A stretch of 64,000 nucleotides of DNA, taken from assembly GCA_977017575.1 (NCBI GenBank), contig CDRNVI010000044.1:310001-374000 (forward strand), read 5' to 3'. The position numbers and the translations under genes were made by a program. This DNA is from Paramoeba atlantica. Its lineage: Eukaryota; Protista; Discosea. Shown piece after piece: positions 63,552 through 64,000 of the stretch. Under the pieces are notes generated by a model. The model was not told the DNA's origin. It was given only the letters and a program-made list of their open reading frames with translations, and searched no databases. Each line of letters begins with the position of its first letter. The stretch's first letter is position 1.

Positions 63552-64000
63552 TTTTGAACACACTTTTTGAGTAACTTTTAAGCAGGGTTCGCGGAAACTT
63601 TAAAACTTTCAAGAAAGTACTTTAAAGTTACTTTATTTTTTTTCTAAAAACTTTCAAAAACTTTTTTTTTCTTCGTATACTTTAGAATCACAGAATTTCT
63701 TTCATCATGATTTTGATTCGTCTGTATTCATTACAATTTATTGAGGGAGATACTACTCCCTCGCTATCGTAGGTTAATTCGTCGTGCCCGATTTGTGGCC
63801 CGATATCGTTTCAGGTGAGTTTTCGAAAAAAATGTTTACAAAGACGTATGAATCGAATTGAGTGACAAGATCACTAGTTTTTCAACAATTCCGATGGGTA
63901 CCCCCTGCCCCCCCCCCCTCCCCACCAGGGGGATCATAGCAATATTTGAATTTTTGAAAAATAAAACTGAAAAATTTTGGATGAAAATAGAAAAAACATA

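Noticed and set aside
63743-63762. TA-CTCCCTC start of another Stowaway-like element
   Set aside because: No partner TIR inside the window; only a 7-bp local hairpin.

Overview
Eukaryotic, almost certainly kinetoplastid, genomic DNA. About 29 intronless protein genes all lie on the + strand, which fits a polycistronic transcription unit. Lineage markers are a KREX-type RNA-editing exonuclease, a tuzin-like ATPase, ISWI with an RRM-like insertion, and an LRR protein of the type expanded in Perkinsela, so a Perkinsela-like endosymbiotic prokinetoplastid is my best guess (inference, no database search run). Most genes are housekeeping: bromodomain-MRG, BCS1, ISWI, eIF3k, PSF2, COG4, PPase, PRP38, ataxin-2, PUS7, RBM22-like, PIF1, PABP, SF3a60, PFD1, Sec16, RMI1. 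Two things the gene list does not explain stand out. (1) The gene-poor gaps (17.4-20.0 kb, 53.3-60.8 kb, 61.9-64 kb) are packed with short non-autonomous inverted-repeat elements that carry class II (DNA transposon) hallmarks: TA target duplications, an exact 8-bp duplication with CAG ends (hAT-like), and a 9-bp-type duplication with GG..CC ends (MULE-like). Some are nested. The gaps also hold a restriction-like-endonuclease retroelement remnant and a tRNA-like insert. DNA transposons are generally reported absent from trypanosomatids. (2) Several 0.6-1.3 kb GC-rich islands inside genes switch sharply from C-rich to G-rich on the + strand and spill into non-coding flanks. This looks like a local strand-asymmetric process such as origins, R-loops or GT-rich initiation zones. 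All base counts were done by hand and all homology calls are by motif recognition only.
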